A stretch of DNA of 64,000 bases from Ophelia neglecta (lineage: Eukaryota), in contig OZ260667.1 in assembly GCA_965285935.1 (NCBI GenBank), forward strand, positions 14,384,001 through 14,448,000, given 5' to 3'. The notes beneath the pieces were generated by a model. The model searched no databases, was not told the DNA's origin, and saw nothing but the letters and a program-made list of their open reading frames with translations. Within the stretch, counting starts at the first letter, position 1. Every line of letters starts with the position of its first letter. Shown piece after piece: positions 1 through 11,091 of this stretch. Both the position numbers and the translations under genes were made by a program.

Positions 1-1653
1 TAAATAAACTGACAATGGTATATCTCACTCTCCGCTTAAACGGATGATAAAACGAGGTATTGAAAATCAACTTGTTGATAATACTTGAGAGATGCTACAC
101 ATGTATAGAAACGGAAATTGCAAATATTCCTACATGTATGGCACTTGTAACTTATTGCCGTGTATGAACAAAACGGTAAATCTATTATTTGTGCTACTGA
201 CTGTTTTCGAAGATTCCCATGCTAAGTGTTATCGATGGTAACAGATAAGACACAACTTGCACGAATTAGAGAGAAATTGCCAAGTATGTATAGTTTTAAT
301 GCTCTACCATCTCTTGGACAAGGAGCACGTGTAAACTGTAGTATGTAGCAATATTCACATTTCCTCTATGTCATTTAACAAGAGATTGATTGTAATAAAA
401 ACACAGTTTGCTATCAATTACTGGCTTAATCCAAACACTGCTTTCAACAAGGTTGACACTGTAATTCTTGACATCGAAAATGGACAATTAAAACGTCCAG
501 TTATCTGGGGGATAACTGCCAGGTCATTCTTACTAATGCACATCTATGCATTCGATGCACTTCGAATGAACATTGCGGTTATAATTTATATTTAATTTAT
601 AGTTAAAAGAAGATCAGCCTATGACCACTCGGCACATTCACGCAATCTGGATTGTACACTCTATAGGGATCAGGAATAAAAAACTGATAGAGGGACCAAT
701 TATTCACACAGAGTATGTATAAAGAATTTTTCCTATCGTAGTTTGCGTTTTTGACAACACGGGGCCTCCCACATGCGGGGTTGGACCATGTTGAAGTTTT
801 GAGCAATTTGACCTTCAGAGTGGAGAGTCACTTCCGGTGTGACTCCGCTGTGATACTAGTAGTATATTGCTACTTGGTCAAATGCCAATCAAGTCACTTA
901 GGAGAAATAACTGTCAGTTTGCATTCAATTATATATTTACAATTATATATATGTTTGTTCAACCTCCCTTTGTACAGTAGCCACAAAAATCACCAGAGTT
1001 TGCCGGTAGATGGCTCCACTAATTACCTCTGACGGTGAGCTGAAAATAACTACTACTTCAATATATGGCAAACGTATCGCTGAGAGATTCTATCCAATTA
1101 TTACATCGTATTTTACGAAATGATGAATTTAATGGTTGTTAATATGGGTGCGGCGGCTTATTTTACATAAACCCGACAAAAGAAAATAATTGATGTGTTA
1201 CGCAAAGCAAGAGCAGCTCTGCCAAAAGAACAATAATTGTAGTCTAGTTGCAATCTGAACGCCTCATCGAGATTAAAATAAAATGTGTTTATCTTAAAGT
1301 AAATCCAATATATTATATTATATTTATAAGCAACAATTGCATATCACGCACGATTTGCTGAACTATCATTTTAGCAACTGCCGTTAATATATGAATGTTA
1401 ACAGATAAAATGTTATTGTTTACAGTGGAGAAATGAACCTTATTGATAATGTACCTTTAATTATTTGTTTTCTAATCGTCTACTGCAATACTGTATGTCT
1501 GACAGACGCCGTAGTGGTATGCCCAAAGGAAAATAAATTTCACAAAAGTATACCTTATCAATATTTATATGGTAAAGTCTACGCACATGATAATAATAGT
1601 TCGAGAAATATACAAATATTATAAGGTTTCACATCGACCAATATACAAAAGGA

Positions 1654-2430
1654 CTCGTGATCTATGTACACAGGCGGCCTTGAGATGCTCCCCAAGTCAC
1701 GTGATCTATGTACATAGGTGGCCTTGAGATGCTCCCCAAGTCACGTGATCTATGTACACAGGCGGCCTTGAGATGCTCCCCAAATCACGTGATCTATGTA
1801 CACAGGCGGCCTTGAGATGCTCCCCAAGTCATGTGACCTATGTACACAGGCGGCCTAGAGATGCTCCCCAAGTCACTTGATCTATGTACACAGGCGGCCT
1901 TGAGATGCGCCCCAAGTCACGTGATCTATGTACACAAGCGGCCTAGAGATGCTCCCCAAGTCATGTGATCTATGTACACAGGCGACCTTGAGATGCGCCC
2001 CAAGTCACGTGATCTATGTACACAGGCGAGCTTGAGATGCTCCCCAAGTCGCGTACTTTATGTACACAGGCGGCCCTATGATCTTCTCTGGTCACATTTT
2101 CAGTGTACTCAAGCGACTGGCGAAGTTCCTGCGGTCACGTGATCTACGTAGACAAGCAGCCCTAGAGGCCCCCCGGTCACTTGATTTATGTACACAAGCG
2201 GCCCTAGAAACCCACTTCGCCACAGGTTCTGTGTACCCTAGGAACCCTCTGGTCACGTTTTCTATGTACACAAGCGGCCTTACGAGTGCCTATGGGCCAC
2301 GTGTCCTATGTACACAAACGACCCTAGGAGTTCCTCCGGTCACGTGTTCTATGTACATAAGCGGCTTTGGGAGCGTCTCTGGTCACGTGTTCTGTGTACA
2401 CAGGCGGCCCGGGAGTTCCGCCGGTCACGA
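1654..2430. repeat. 44-bp minisatellite (about 9 good copies to about 2055, then degenerate copies)
   Basis: Unit CACGTGATCTATGTACACAGGCGGCCTTGAGATGCTCCCCAAGT, period 44 (1656, 1700, 1744...). Confidence 0.95.
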
Positions 2431-3095
2431 GTTATGCAGGATCCTAGGCGAGGGGGGTAGATTAACCCATAGTTCTCACTGTATGCTGTAGTTCACATAA
2501 CCCAGTAGCCTGGGCCTTAGCCCCTTTAGGCCCACTCACGCGGGCCTATTCACGCTAGGCTATGGTTGCTACGTACCACCTATCTCCTGTATAGTCTCAC
2601 AGTGGACATGGGGCGCGAATTTTTGCATTTGTCACCCATATATATATGTGAAGGGGTCGCTCCTTACAGTGAGCACCCGAGTGTGATATGGGGTCACGCG
2701 AGGTCATGGGGTCACGACCTCACCATTTCCGCAGTCTCTGTCTGCTTAGACGCCCGATAGCCAATGCACTGCATTGTTTTAACGTTATGAGTTCTGTAGC
2801 TCTGCATCCAAGTCTACACTGCAGTAGTATCATATTTTGGTTCGTTTACAAGCCTGGACATGTTCCTATTGGTTCATTTGGACTGTCTTTGAGCCTTCTA
2901 ACACAAATTCATTGTTAATCGGGTTGACCAGGTGTTCTACCCAAGTTCCTTTCAATTGCACTGTGGTGTATGAGCGTAGAATTAATCCTATAGTCACTAT
3001 TTTTCGATTCCCCGCCGGCCGTTGATTGGTCATCTCCTGGGCACGTGACACATCAGATGATATCACATGCGTCGTGCGACTGTGGCGCCCCTTTG

Positions 3096-3256
3096 TTATG
3101 TGTTGACCGTCACCAGGGTGTTGTTGGCAGGTGCGTTGGAGGTCGGTGAGTTGTGCTGCGACTGGCGCTGGCCAGGCCCGCCGCCGATCGTCACAACCTT
3201 CGGGCCTCCAGGTGGCGCTTCCACGGTAGTGGAAGTTTCCAGACCGCTTCCGGGAC
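3096..3256 (-). CDS. Shaw: Probable distal terminal coding exon of Shaw: GPGSGLETSTTVEAPPGGPKVVTIGGGPGQRQSQHNSPTSNAPANNTLVTVNT*
   Basis: Acceptor tgttttctcttattggtttgacctcag|GT. GC-rich, coding-like composition. Open in the phase-1 frame to TAA at 3098-3096. Exons A+B+3992-3879+this exon give 563 aa. Confidence 0.72.
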
Positions 3257-3878
3257 CTGAGGTCAAACCAATAAGAGAAAACAGACAGCTTAGACATTAT
3301 GAACGCTGACGTGGTGGCGAACACACGGGAGAGGGGAGGGACATGCATGGCGACACTGACAGCATGGCACCGCCTCTCATGAGCCTAGTTTCTAACATAT
3401 TTCACCTCTTTGTAATCAGCAGGTGCTAGGATTACAGTTATCTAACTAGCAGGTAGTCAAATCTGTAAAATTGTATAAGCATGCATTAGCCGGTTATCGT
3501 ATTGTGAGTGCGAATGGTCGGGGTTTAGAACCTTTTAATTTTACCCTTAAATATTACCTAGTTGCGTGCGCACTGGAGGAAATCAGCGAAAGAGTCACGA
3601 TGTCACCTGGATAGTCGTAAAGCGAAATTACACTACCGAAAAAGGAAACGAGTACCAAAAGACGTCTACAGGAGGGGGAGGGGATGAGGGAGTTGTTTGG
3701 GGAGGGGGCAAAAGTGCTAGTTGGTAAATGGCCTACTAGGCTTGTATCAAGTGCTTATTCCTTTTTTATAAGGAGGGAGAGTGCAAGCGATAGCGGGGGA
3801 GATGGTGTTCTTTACAGCACACAAGACGTCCATGTGACGTATTGGCCATGACGTCAGGCTGTTTTGGCCAATACCTAC

Positions 3879-3992
3879 CCTGATTTGTAGTGAAATTGGT
3901 ATTTGCTGAAACCGCGGCATTGGTAATGGGCGTCGTTGTCATATTGGAGTTAGTAGTTATATTTGATAATGCTGAGTTAGCTGCCTGTCCAT
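3879..3992 (-). CDS. Shaw: Probable Shaw C-terminal cassette exon (114 nt, phase 1-1): DGQAANSALSNITTNSNMTTTPITNAAVSANTNFTTNQ
   Basis: Acceptor tgtatgtttgctcttgcag|AT and donor CAGG|GTAGGT. Length is a multiple of 3 and it is open in the phase-1 frame left by exon B. The sequence is N/T/S-rich low complexity. Confidence 0.7.
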
Positions 3993-4898
3993 CTGCAAGA
4001 GCAAACATACACAATTTTCATCAGAAACTCGGCCCCGACAGCCTCGACAGCTTGCCTATCAGCCCGCTGAACCTAAAATGTCCAAAATGATGTTGAATGT
4101 TTAATAATAAGATGAATAGATCGAGGCAGAACTACCAGCTAACTATAAATGATCGAAATATGTTAGAAACTTCGGCTTTCATGGTGCCTTCTAAACGTTT
4201 CAGAATAGAAAGGGAATGAAATATGCGTAGGAGCGCAGGAGGCATTCTGCCGAAGCCAGAAATCATTATTAGATATGGAGTATGAAATATAGAGGAAACG
4301 CCTTTTTATCTATCGAAAATATAAATAATCAAAAGTTGAATATTTTTCAGCAAAGTATCAAATATTGCATGTTTCACACAGTAAAGTCAAGAAGGTAAGC
4401 CAGATAAACACATTTAATGCTTATATATTACTAAAAGTATTGACAATAGGAACGTACTATTTTCATGTAGCCATGCACAATATATTCACGATATATCAAG
4501 GTTTGGGGTAAGGCACGGGATTATAATATTACTTACAAGTGAGACCAAAGGTGTGAAGCGTAATAGATATTATGATTTTTGACGAGATTGCTATTCCGCT
4601 ATTGCTTTCATAATTTAATGCCGAAATTGGCAATGGGCTGACTAAACTTGGACAAGCGTAGACTTCTGTGGCCTTGTCAACTGTTTATAGCAATTTGTGA
4701 TGTTTACTGTGCCTTCGGGTAGTCTTTTGTTGGTGAAGAATCCATAAAGGTATCTTAATTCTACAGAGGATAATCCCACTGACGTCGTTTGTAAAGAAGG
4801 CTTGTGAATTAAGGCATCTCAAAGGAGTTGTACAATGGAAACAATGGCAAAAATATCGACAAAACCATATCGAAAACTACTTATTGTCTATTGCGGCC

Positions 4899-5059
4899 TT
4901 ATTGTTGTCTAGGTTTAACTGGCAGATCAGGGAGGTTAGAACGGGTTCCGCTTTCAATGACAGGTTGTCTGTAGGTGTCCCCTCTCAGCTGGGGTTCCGG
5001 GGTCTTAGCTCCTTCACCCCTCTCTAGGAGAGGACACCTTGACACGTGACCTTGATGTT
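4899..5059 (-). CDS. Shaw: Candidate alternative terminal exon of Shaw: EHQGHVSRCPLLERGEGAKTPEPQLRGDTYRQPVIESGTRSNLPDLPVKPRQQ*
   Basis: Acceptor gcttttttattctacacttgcctcatag|AA. Open in the phase-1 frame for 53 residues to TAA. It lies 216 nt downstream of the 5276 donor. Confidence 0.55.
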
Positions 5060-5275
5060 CTATGAGGCAAGTGTAGAATAAAAAAGCAATCCCGTCACTT
5101 CCCCCATACAAAATCCGCCATTTTTTAATGAAAAACAGTTAACCTAATCGACCGTATTCCCTCCTCACTAACCTCATTGTTAAGAGGTTTCGGCCCCAGC
5201 TGACACTGCTTGAACACGCGTCACGCGAATAAAAAAAACACCATTTAATAAGGAAAGGATAGCAGTGGTACCAAC

Positions 5276-5452
5276 CCTTGGACGATTTTACGTCAACTAG
5301 CTTAATTGGCGTTCCAGGGTTCGAGCTAAAATCAAGCAGCTTGTTTGCTGGAGGGGACTTGCCCGCAATGCTTTGAGGGCGTGTCCGGGGCAGGGAGTCT
5401 TTGTCTTCAGTGTGATTATACATCAACATGGGAATAGATTCCTCGCCATTTC
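5276..5452 (-). CDS. Shaw: Candidate Shaw cassette exon (177 nt, phase 1-1): GNGEESIPMLMYNHTEDKDSLPRTRPQSIAGKSPPANKLLDFSSNPGTPIKLVDVKSSK
   Basis: Acceptor ttttcattggtcttctctccag|GA and donor AAGG|GTTGGT. It is frame-preserving and open in the phase-1 frame. Confidence 0.6.
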
Positions 5453-6472
5453 CTGGAGAGAAGACCAATGAAAATGTAGTTTAGAAAGAGATGTCAGGCT
5501 GCGACGAAATGATAGCTTGGATCCTATTGGTCACAGCGAACCAATCAGAAGAAGAGGAATTTCATGTCAAGGTTGACTGTAACCGGAAGTATTCATCAGA
5601 TTCGATTGCTCTAGAAATGATACACTGTATGGTTAAAATATTTATCTGTAGCTCCGATTTGGTAGTACAGTAAACACATATGTGTCAGTGGCAGCGCAGA
5701 TGTGGCTGGTCTTACACTAAAACAAACGTGCACTAGATTTCATAAATGTAAAAAATCGAACAAAAAATATCCAGAAAGATCCCAAAAATAACATTAACCA
5801 AGAAACTGTCGGGTGCAGACAATCGATGTTGGAGTAGCGGATCTGTATCAAAGATTCCAGGAGCCAGTCTGCTCTCCGTGTCGAGTGACTGAGTACCTAC
5901 ACGGAGCTCTGCACGTCCTGCCATGTTAGTTGTGGGACGTGCCTGCTTATAGGCTTAAACGATGACATCAAAGTCTATGTACATTGGGACGAGCTATACA
6001 AATAGTTTTATTTAACATTTATCTTGCCAGTTAGGAATGCTAAACGACTTAGTCCCGTGCTTACAAACCATCAATTGATGCAACCAAAACTAGTCCGGCC
6101 ACACTTCTTCAAACGTGAAGCAATGCAACATGCACATCTCAAAGAAAAAGTAAACGAAAAGGCAAGGAGAAAAAAGTGAAACTAAATAAGGAATAAATTG
6201 AAGACAATAAGACTCCCTCTCCCAAAAACGCCAAGCATTCCTCGGGGGCTATTAATAACTACCAATACCTCACCCAGGATTCCCAGGGGGCAGCTCGGTC
6301 AACCGTGCCAGGGGATAGGCCTACGTACAGGGTCATGTGACAAGAGGCGCGTGACGCACGACTGGACGGTTATCGGGTTTCTCAATCAATTCATTATTTG
6401 AGTACACGATTATTGTGCAAGCTACTACGAAAAAGGCCAGCGCATACAATAAAACAGCATTTACATGTACAT

Positions 6473-6508
6473 TATATATATATATATATTCATATATATA
6501 TATATATA
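6473..6508. repeat. (AT)n microsatellite (similar tracts at 7978-8030, 28921-28944 and 58305-58390)
   Basis: Direct inspection. Confidence 0.9.
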
Positions 6509-6851
6509 CATTCAATACCAAGCCAATGCATTATCCATTATAATTGAAGCACTGGACGTTTCTTAGCTTGCCTGACATCCAAATGACAAGAATACCGACG
6601 CAGCGCAGGGCAAGGTGACGTGCATTTGATGTGCAAGCAATAACTTTTAGCGAAAACGCCTAGTTACAAAACCACGTCAGATTGTTTAAAGCCAATGTGT
6701 CCGTGTTAGTAGTAGTGTGAGTCATTCGTGGGAGTTGTGATCACGTTACCTTATCCTTACCTATAGAACAACATATTTGCTTGGTAGATACAATTTTACA
6801 AGTAGTATTAGTGTCCTTTGTACTAGCTTACCTAAGCTCTTCTTAAATATA

Positions 6852-7066
6852 TCATAAAACTCTTAAGTAGTATCTATCAATACTACGTCCACTTTCAGAG
6901 CATGCGCATTGACAAACAGAGTGTTTGTGCTGAAATGGTGATTGTTTTTGGGCTAGAGGTGGTGGTTGAGAGGGAAACTGTGAAACGGGATTGACGAGAG
7001 CGGGTGACGAGGGCGGGTGTAGGGAAGTGAAGAGTTTGTTTTGGAGAGAGGGCAAAGCATATCCAC
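6852..7066 (-). CDS. Candidate alternative terminal exon (Pro/Ser/Gln-rich): GGYALPSLQNKLFTSLHPPSSPALVNPVSQFPSQPPPLAQKQSPFQHKHSVCQCACSESGRSIDRYYLRVL*
   Basis: Acceptor gtatttcagtctacgtgtag|GT in the phase-1 frame, open for about 70 codons. A competing AG lies 11 nt upstream (exon start 7077). Confidence 0.38.
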
Positions 7067-7851
7067 CTACACGTAGACTGAAATACATTCCATTACTCAT
7101 TCTTAAAAGTGAACACCAATTTCTCCATCAAAAACCAACAAAACCAAATTTAAACGAAGTCCGTTAGATAGTGTAGACGTATGTCCTAATGTATCCCCTT
7201 ACCACCGAGTCCCAGTAAGGGCAGATACATTATCTCACATTTGTACATTTAAGATATCTTGCTGTTTCTGTTCTTGTACAATTACGTGTACAAAATTACA
7301 CAATTATAATTCACCATGATGATAGCGTATACGGCATCCAATGAGAAAAGAGCTTTTTTGGACTCAAAGGACACTTATTAGTTATTCGCTGCCCTCAAAG
7401 AGCAAGGGGCGGCTGAAGAAGGGGTGGGTGTCCGCTATTATATATAGTGCGTGAGATGGACGTCGCCTCCCAGGGGGAGGTCTGGGTGGTTAATCCCCAG
7501 AGCCCCCTCTGGGTGGTGATTGCCAACCGCTGACCCCCTGCCCCGAAAAGCTCTCGCGAGCATCTTTGTAAAAGGATACATGGGTTCAAATGATTCGTGA
7601 CCAATATATAATGAATTGTCGGTTTGCATGTAATAATTCAAAACAAAAACAGCAAGACTATATTTGAGTTCTGCGTCCAGCCATAATTGTCTTTACTGAC
7701 AATTGGAAACGAGATATTTGAGCAAAATTTCTAAATAGTTGCGGCCAGAACAGTGTGTTAATAGTTCATGCTCAAACAGAGTGGAAATCGAAATTTGATC
7801 TTTTTAATAGCATGATATGGTGGCAGAAAACAAAACAGGAATATACTATAC

Positions 7852-7875
7852 CTCTCTCAAATCTGGTAGGAAAAC
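7852..7875 (-). CDS. Candidate 24-nt phase 1-1 microexon (GFPTRFER)
   Basis: ggctctcttttaccag|GTTTTCCTACCAGATTTGAGAGAG|gtatag. Frame-preserving, no stop. Confidence 0.4.
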
Positions 7876-8625
7876 CTGGTAAAAGAGAGCCATTACAACA
7901 GTTACCATGGAGACAAAAAATGAAAGGTCACGTGACAATAAGATGACAACATCACGAAATGAGTTCTGAACAACTGATATATATATATATACATATATAC
8001 ATATATATATACATATATATATGATATATAGAATCAGAACAATAAATAATCAATGCTAGTCAATCACAAGAAATAAAATGTTTACAGTAAATATCAATAT
8101 TTAGAAATATCAGGTCAAGTTATGGTAATCATATCTTAATAACAGCATAACATAGAATAAATACTTCACAATAATAAAAAGAACGCGCTCTGCAGAACGC
8201 AAGCGCTAGGCGGCAGTAAAACTCACTGCACTACAAATTTACAGGAGTTAATTTGATAAGTGTTGTACATATTTATACACATATAAACATTGTATTGGGC
8301 ATAGCTGCTTGTTAGCACGTGTGTCGAACGGGGATTGACCCACAAGCACATGCGCATTGATTCTCAATTCCAATTCGCCAGCCTGTATTTAAAATTGTAC
8401 AAAGTAGAAAAGTTCGTATACAAGCGACAGCGGCGTTCATTGAGGTACAGTTTTAACATAATCTCAAATAAGAAATGTGAAATAAAAGCGCAAAAGCATA
8501 GTTCACTTACTACGGAAAGGCATCATCTCCTGAATCGCACCGCCTGCGGCTGGTGAAAACAATAGAGCTGTATTAAAGTCTGTACTGCTTCCGGAAGGAA
8601 CCGGAGCCTCTACTGAAGGTGTTAG

Positions 8626-8798
8626 CTAGATAGAGTCGGTTGTAAAACGCATGCAGGCAGAATAAACAGAACGGCTATGTTGTGTACGAATGCTAGAAGG
8701 ACGAAAAGTGTTGATTTGAAGGAGAGGGATGTGTACATCTATGTACATCTTAGCAACCGGTGCAGATCTTGTTGTACAGTCAGTGGAGATGATAGAAA
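8626..8798 (-). CDS. Candidate alternative terminal exon: VSIISTDCTTRSAPVAKMYIDVHIPLLQINTFRPSSIRTQHSRSVYSACMRFTTDSI*
   Basis: Long pyrimidine tract ttttctttgttccttttcttacattgctttgccccacgcgtttag|TT. Open in the phase-1 frame to TAG. Confidence 0.4.
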
Positions 8799-9019
8799 CT
8801 AAACGCGTGGGGCAAAGCAATGTAAGAAAAGGAACAAAGAAAATGATTTTGGAGGTGAACTTAAGTATGTGTTAATGTCATGCCAAGTGCGCTTGTTATC
8901 TGAGCGCGCTAATGTCGGTATTGCGCATGCGACCGCTAGCAGCCATGGCAACAGGAAGTGCTGATCTGCGCATGTCTGGATAGCGATTTCCGGGCGTTGG
9001 CGGCGGGACATGCAGGTCT

Positions 9020-9081
9020 TTATAAGCTATTCAATTCGTATGGAACATGTAGCGGGTAAAAGTAGGAGGAGAAACCAGGGG
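9020..9081 (-). CDS. Candidate short alternative terminal exon: APGFSSYFYPLHVPYELNSL*
   Basis: Acceptor gtttcaatttaatgtttcag|CC. The phase-1 frame is open for 20 residues to TAA. Short enough to be chance. Confidence 0.3.
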
Positions 9082-11091
9082 CTGAAACATTAAATTGAAA
9101 CCATCCACAATAATAAATAGGCCTGAATCAACAATTTAAAGTCTTCATCTATCCGCCGTTGTAATATATAGCGAATTGGTTTGATCGCATAGTAGAAGAT
9201 AGCAAACATATTTAAAAGGTGATATGTTACTAAAGCTACAATATAATCAAAATACCATCATGGCTTCCAATCGACAGGGGTACAGGCGTCATAGCTAAAT
9301 TCACAGGAAATGGATTTTGTTATAATTGAAGACTTCTGATTTTAAAGCCTAAAACAGAAGTGACAGCATACAGTGAAGCATGTGAATCAAGAACACCCGA
9401 TGGACTGGAAAATGCTGGTCTGATTATGGCGGTATTCTTCATAGGTTATTTTACATTGAAAGTGTACATTCTGGTCTTCATATTAGGCATCTGCATTGAC
9501 AGATGCTCTGCATATAGAGATGATCTTTAAAGCAGCTTTCACTGTCTTAGATAAACAATTTGGTAAAGTCTTGTCCTTGTCTAATGGTCGGTACATGTTC
9601 AACGTAAAACAAAATTATATTGGGTAAAATTATCATTGTTTTATGACTTTATCGTTGACTCAAATTGATGCTGTCAAATCCTTCTAACTAATCAACTTAT
9701 TGTTTTAATAATAAATGCAAAATTCTGTCTCTCTTTATCTCGATATTTGTGGAAAGTGAATTATTGGTTTAAACACCAAATGGACTTCTAGGCGACCAAA
9801 GGGGCGGATAAACTATACTCCGAAAAGGCAGCATCAAGTTTGAAAATAGGAGTTCCGACAAGAGACATTGATAATAGGGCATGCAAGAGACTGTCATCGG
9901 GGGGGGGGGGGGGGGGGTCTAAACTTAAACGTTAAGTGCCTAAATGAAGAATATACGTACAGATGCTCTCATTTTCATTATCAACTTATTAACATGGATC
10001 GAACGGTTGACAAGTGCTAATGTACCAGCCAGCACAATCGATGGCTTCTTATGATTGTGTGCTTTAATTGTTTTGAATTTTCAACATCAAGGCACCTAAT
10101 GTTTTAGATTTAAGAGAGGAAGACATCATGTAGGGCAAAAGGAATCGCTAGGGTAGGAAAAGAGGGTTTTATACACTTCCGGTGCCCAATTCCGTGCTCA
10201 CGCTTACATACCATAATATGCATCATTCAATTGAAAACATGATCAATTATACTGAAGGAATTTACAAAGTGCGACCAAACAGAGCATAACATGGAGAACT
10301 GTATGTCTAAAATTCCAAAAACTGTTCTTCTTAAATCATTTGAGGCAGATTTCATGCGTTAATAGATATTTTTGACCACAAGCATGGCACATTACTGAAC
10401 GTTCTGATCATTATAACATTCCTGTGCAAATTCGAAAAATTCGATATTTGTTGACATTGTTGCTATGCTTTAAAATATTCTTTATGATCTATATAAAACT
10501 GCAGACAATGCGAGTGGATACTGGGTGTAAATCTACGTCTCAATCAATTAAATATCTATAGGCTAGACAGCACATTACCAATCTGGTGGACACAATATAA
10601 ACTATTAATGTGAACAGCTACAATTATATGACTAAACAAACAATGACTGGGTCTTTTGTTAAATGTGACGTGGAATATAGACACCAAAGAAGGGTTTATT
10701 AGAATACAAGTGGAAGAAAAAGTAAAAACAAACTAAACAATATAATATTCGTTTAGATTATGTATATAATGTAGACCCAAATTCAAATACTAAGAAATCA
10801 AATTATTAACATTCAATGAGGATATTTTATGATTAAGTCGATGATCCTGAATTTCGGCAGTGGTTTTTTTTTTAATAAAAGTATAGATTTACCTGTTATA
10901 ACAAAAAAGAAAAATTTAGTACCAGAAGTAAAGTTACTAAAAGTCAAAGAGTATTCAAAACCGTTGAAACTAAAAAATATCTAAATCTATATGATATATA
11001 TAATTGAAATTTCACACAAGCAGACGAGACTGGTTAAAACAACATGAGAAGATGAGCCGAAGGGCCGTGCGGCTGCGCATTAGCTCCTTAC

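Noticed and set aside
2866-3348. 160-aa minus-strand ORF over the terminal exon
   Set aside because: It is in a different frame from the phase-1 splice frame and starts in intron-like pyrimidine tract. The GPGSGLE... frame fits the gene model.
10110-10147. Short phase-1 terminal exon candidates AIPFALHDVFLS* (10147-10110), GLSPGTVDRAAPWESWVRYW* (6320-6259) and GSAG* (about 4072)
   Set aside because: The acceptors are plausible but the ORFs are too short to distinguish from chance, so they are not listed as features.
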